Of a stretch of DNA of 64,000 nucleotides, positions 62,711-64,000 are shown one piece after another; positions within the stretch are counted from its first letter, which is position 1, and each line of letters opens with the position of its first letter. The DNA lies in assembly GCA_951406725.2 (NCBI GenBank), contig OX597817.1, positions 39,370,001 to 39,434,000 on the forward strand. The letters run 5' to 3'. The notes below the pieces were generated by a model, which was not told where the DNA came from, searched no databases, and worked only from the letters and a program-made list of their open reading frames with translations. This DNA is from Octopus vulgaris (Eukaryota). The position numbers and the translations under genes are program-made.

Positions 62711-63017
62711 AAAGAAGGGAAAGAAGATAATAAATATTCTCTTAAATGTCTCTCAACAGCCCCAGGCTGATAGTGGATGCTGGAAGCCAGTTTATCAAAG
62801 GAGCATCACATGTGCTCGCGCGCATGTATGTTGTTGCATGCATGTATGTACATGGGATGAACAAAAACCTGTGCATCAAACAAAATGCATTGTGGCATTT
62901 AGTTAGACATGAGTTATCTTTCTTGTCCAAAAATTCATAATGATATTTTTCAACATGTATAAAGTAAAAAAAAAATAAATGATTTGAGCTTAGTATTTAG
63001 TGAATATAATTAATTAA

Positions 63018-63644
63018 CCCTTTAGCATTTAAACTGACCATATTCGGCCCAGATATTTTATCTGTTTTATCTTCTAACCAGCCTAATTCAACCTGTCACA
63101 CCTACCCTACAATGTCATTCTAAAATTAAACCATTATATCATTGAAATTTCAAAGCTATGAGATAATGTATGGTTAATTCAAAACAATGTAAATGAATAA
63201 GCATTATAATTGACCAAGTAATTTGAATGCTAAACTCTTTTAATCTTTTACTTGTTTCAGTCATTTGACTGTGGCCATGCCAGAGCATCACCTTTAGTCG
63301 AATGAAACGACCCCAGGACTTATTCTTTGTAAGCCTAGTACTTATTCTATCGGTCTCTTTTGCCGAACCACTAAGTTACGGGGATGTAAACAGACCAGCA
63401 TCAGTTGTCAAGCGATGTTGGGAGGACAAACAGACACACAAACATATACAAACACACACACACACATATATATAGATATATATGATGGACTTCTTTCAGT
63501 TTCCGTCTACCAAATCCACTCACAAAGCTTTGGTCGGCCCGAGGCTATAGTAGAAGACACTTGCCCATGGTGCCACACAGTGGGACTGAACCCAGAACCA
63601 TGTGGTTGGTAAGCAAGCTACTTACCACACAGCCATTCCTACGG
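63018..63644. mobile_element. piggyBac-like MITE with a family A SINE (63234-63641, minus) inserted in its right TIR
   Basis: TTAA|CCCTTTAGCATT start; AATGCTAAA before and GG|TTAA after the SINE. Confidence 0.75.
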
Positions 63645-63829
63645 TTAAAGCTCTTGATGACGATGCTCCAGCATGGCTGTAGTCTAATGACTGAAACCAG
63701 GAAAGGAATACAAGAATACAAATATGGCATATTTGACTCATGCCATAGGCAAATGGAGCACAGGCTGGGGGGTAAAAGGACAAGTCAACTGTTTGTAAAA
63801 TATCTTCAGAGTATATCTATTGTCTTTTG

Positions 63830-64000
63830 TCTTTTACTTGATTCAGTTTTAGACTGTGGCCATACTGGGGCACCGCCTGGAAGGGTTTTATTTGAATGAA
63901 TCGACACCGGTAATTATTTAAAGCCCAGTACTTATTCTGTCAGTCTCTTTTGCTGAACAACTAAGTTGTGAGGATGTAAACACACCAGGGGTGATGGAGG
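63830..64000 (-). mobile_element. SINE family A tail, runs off the window end
   Basis: CTTTTACTTG...GTGGCCATACTGGGGCACCGCC...AGTACTTATTC. Confidence 0.75.

Overview
AT-rich, repeat-dense eukaryotic (animal) genomic DNA, most likely from an octopus/coleoid cephalopod (inferred from the tRNA-derived SINE families, RTE/CR1 LINE remnants and very long (AT)n/(CA)n/(TATG)n microsatellites). No host protein-coding gene could be identified with confidence, and almost all ORFs in the supplied track are microsatellite or SINE artefacts. The best-supported features are: a near-intact 1.7-kb Tc1 (DD34E) transposon broken by one 5-bp duplication; two Penelope-like element (PLE) families carrying hammerhead-ribozyme motifs (one with a consistent non-canonical CUGUNGA core, the other with a tRNA-like Pol III cassette upstream of a canonical core); many SINE, LINE and MITE copies including a five-element nested insertion; and several non-repeat hairpins or inverted repeats. 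A sharp change near 33 kb separates a CpG-retaining left half from a CpG-decayed right half that alone holds an RTE 3'-end repeat family, consistent with a promoter region at about 29-33 kb followed by a methylated gene body. Family names come from motif recognition by eye, not database searches, and many repeat boundaries are approximate.
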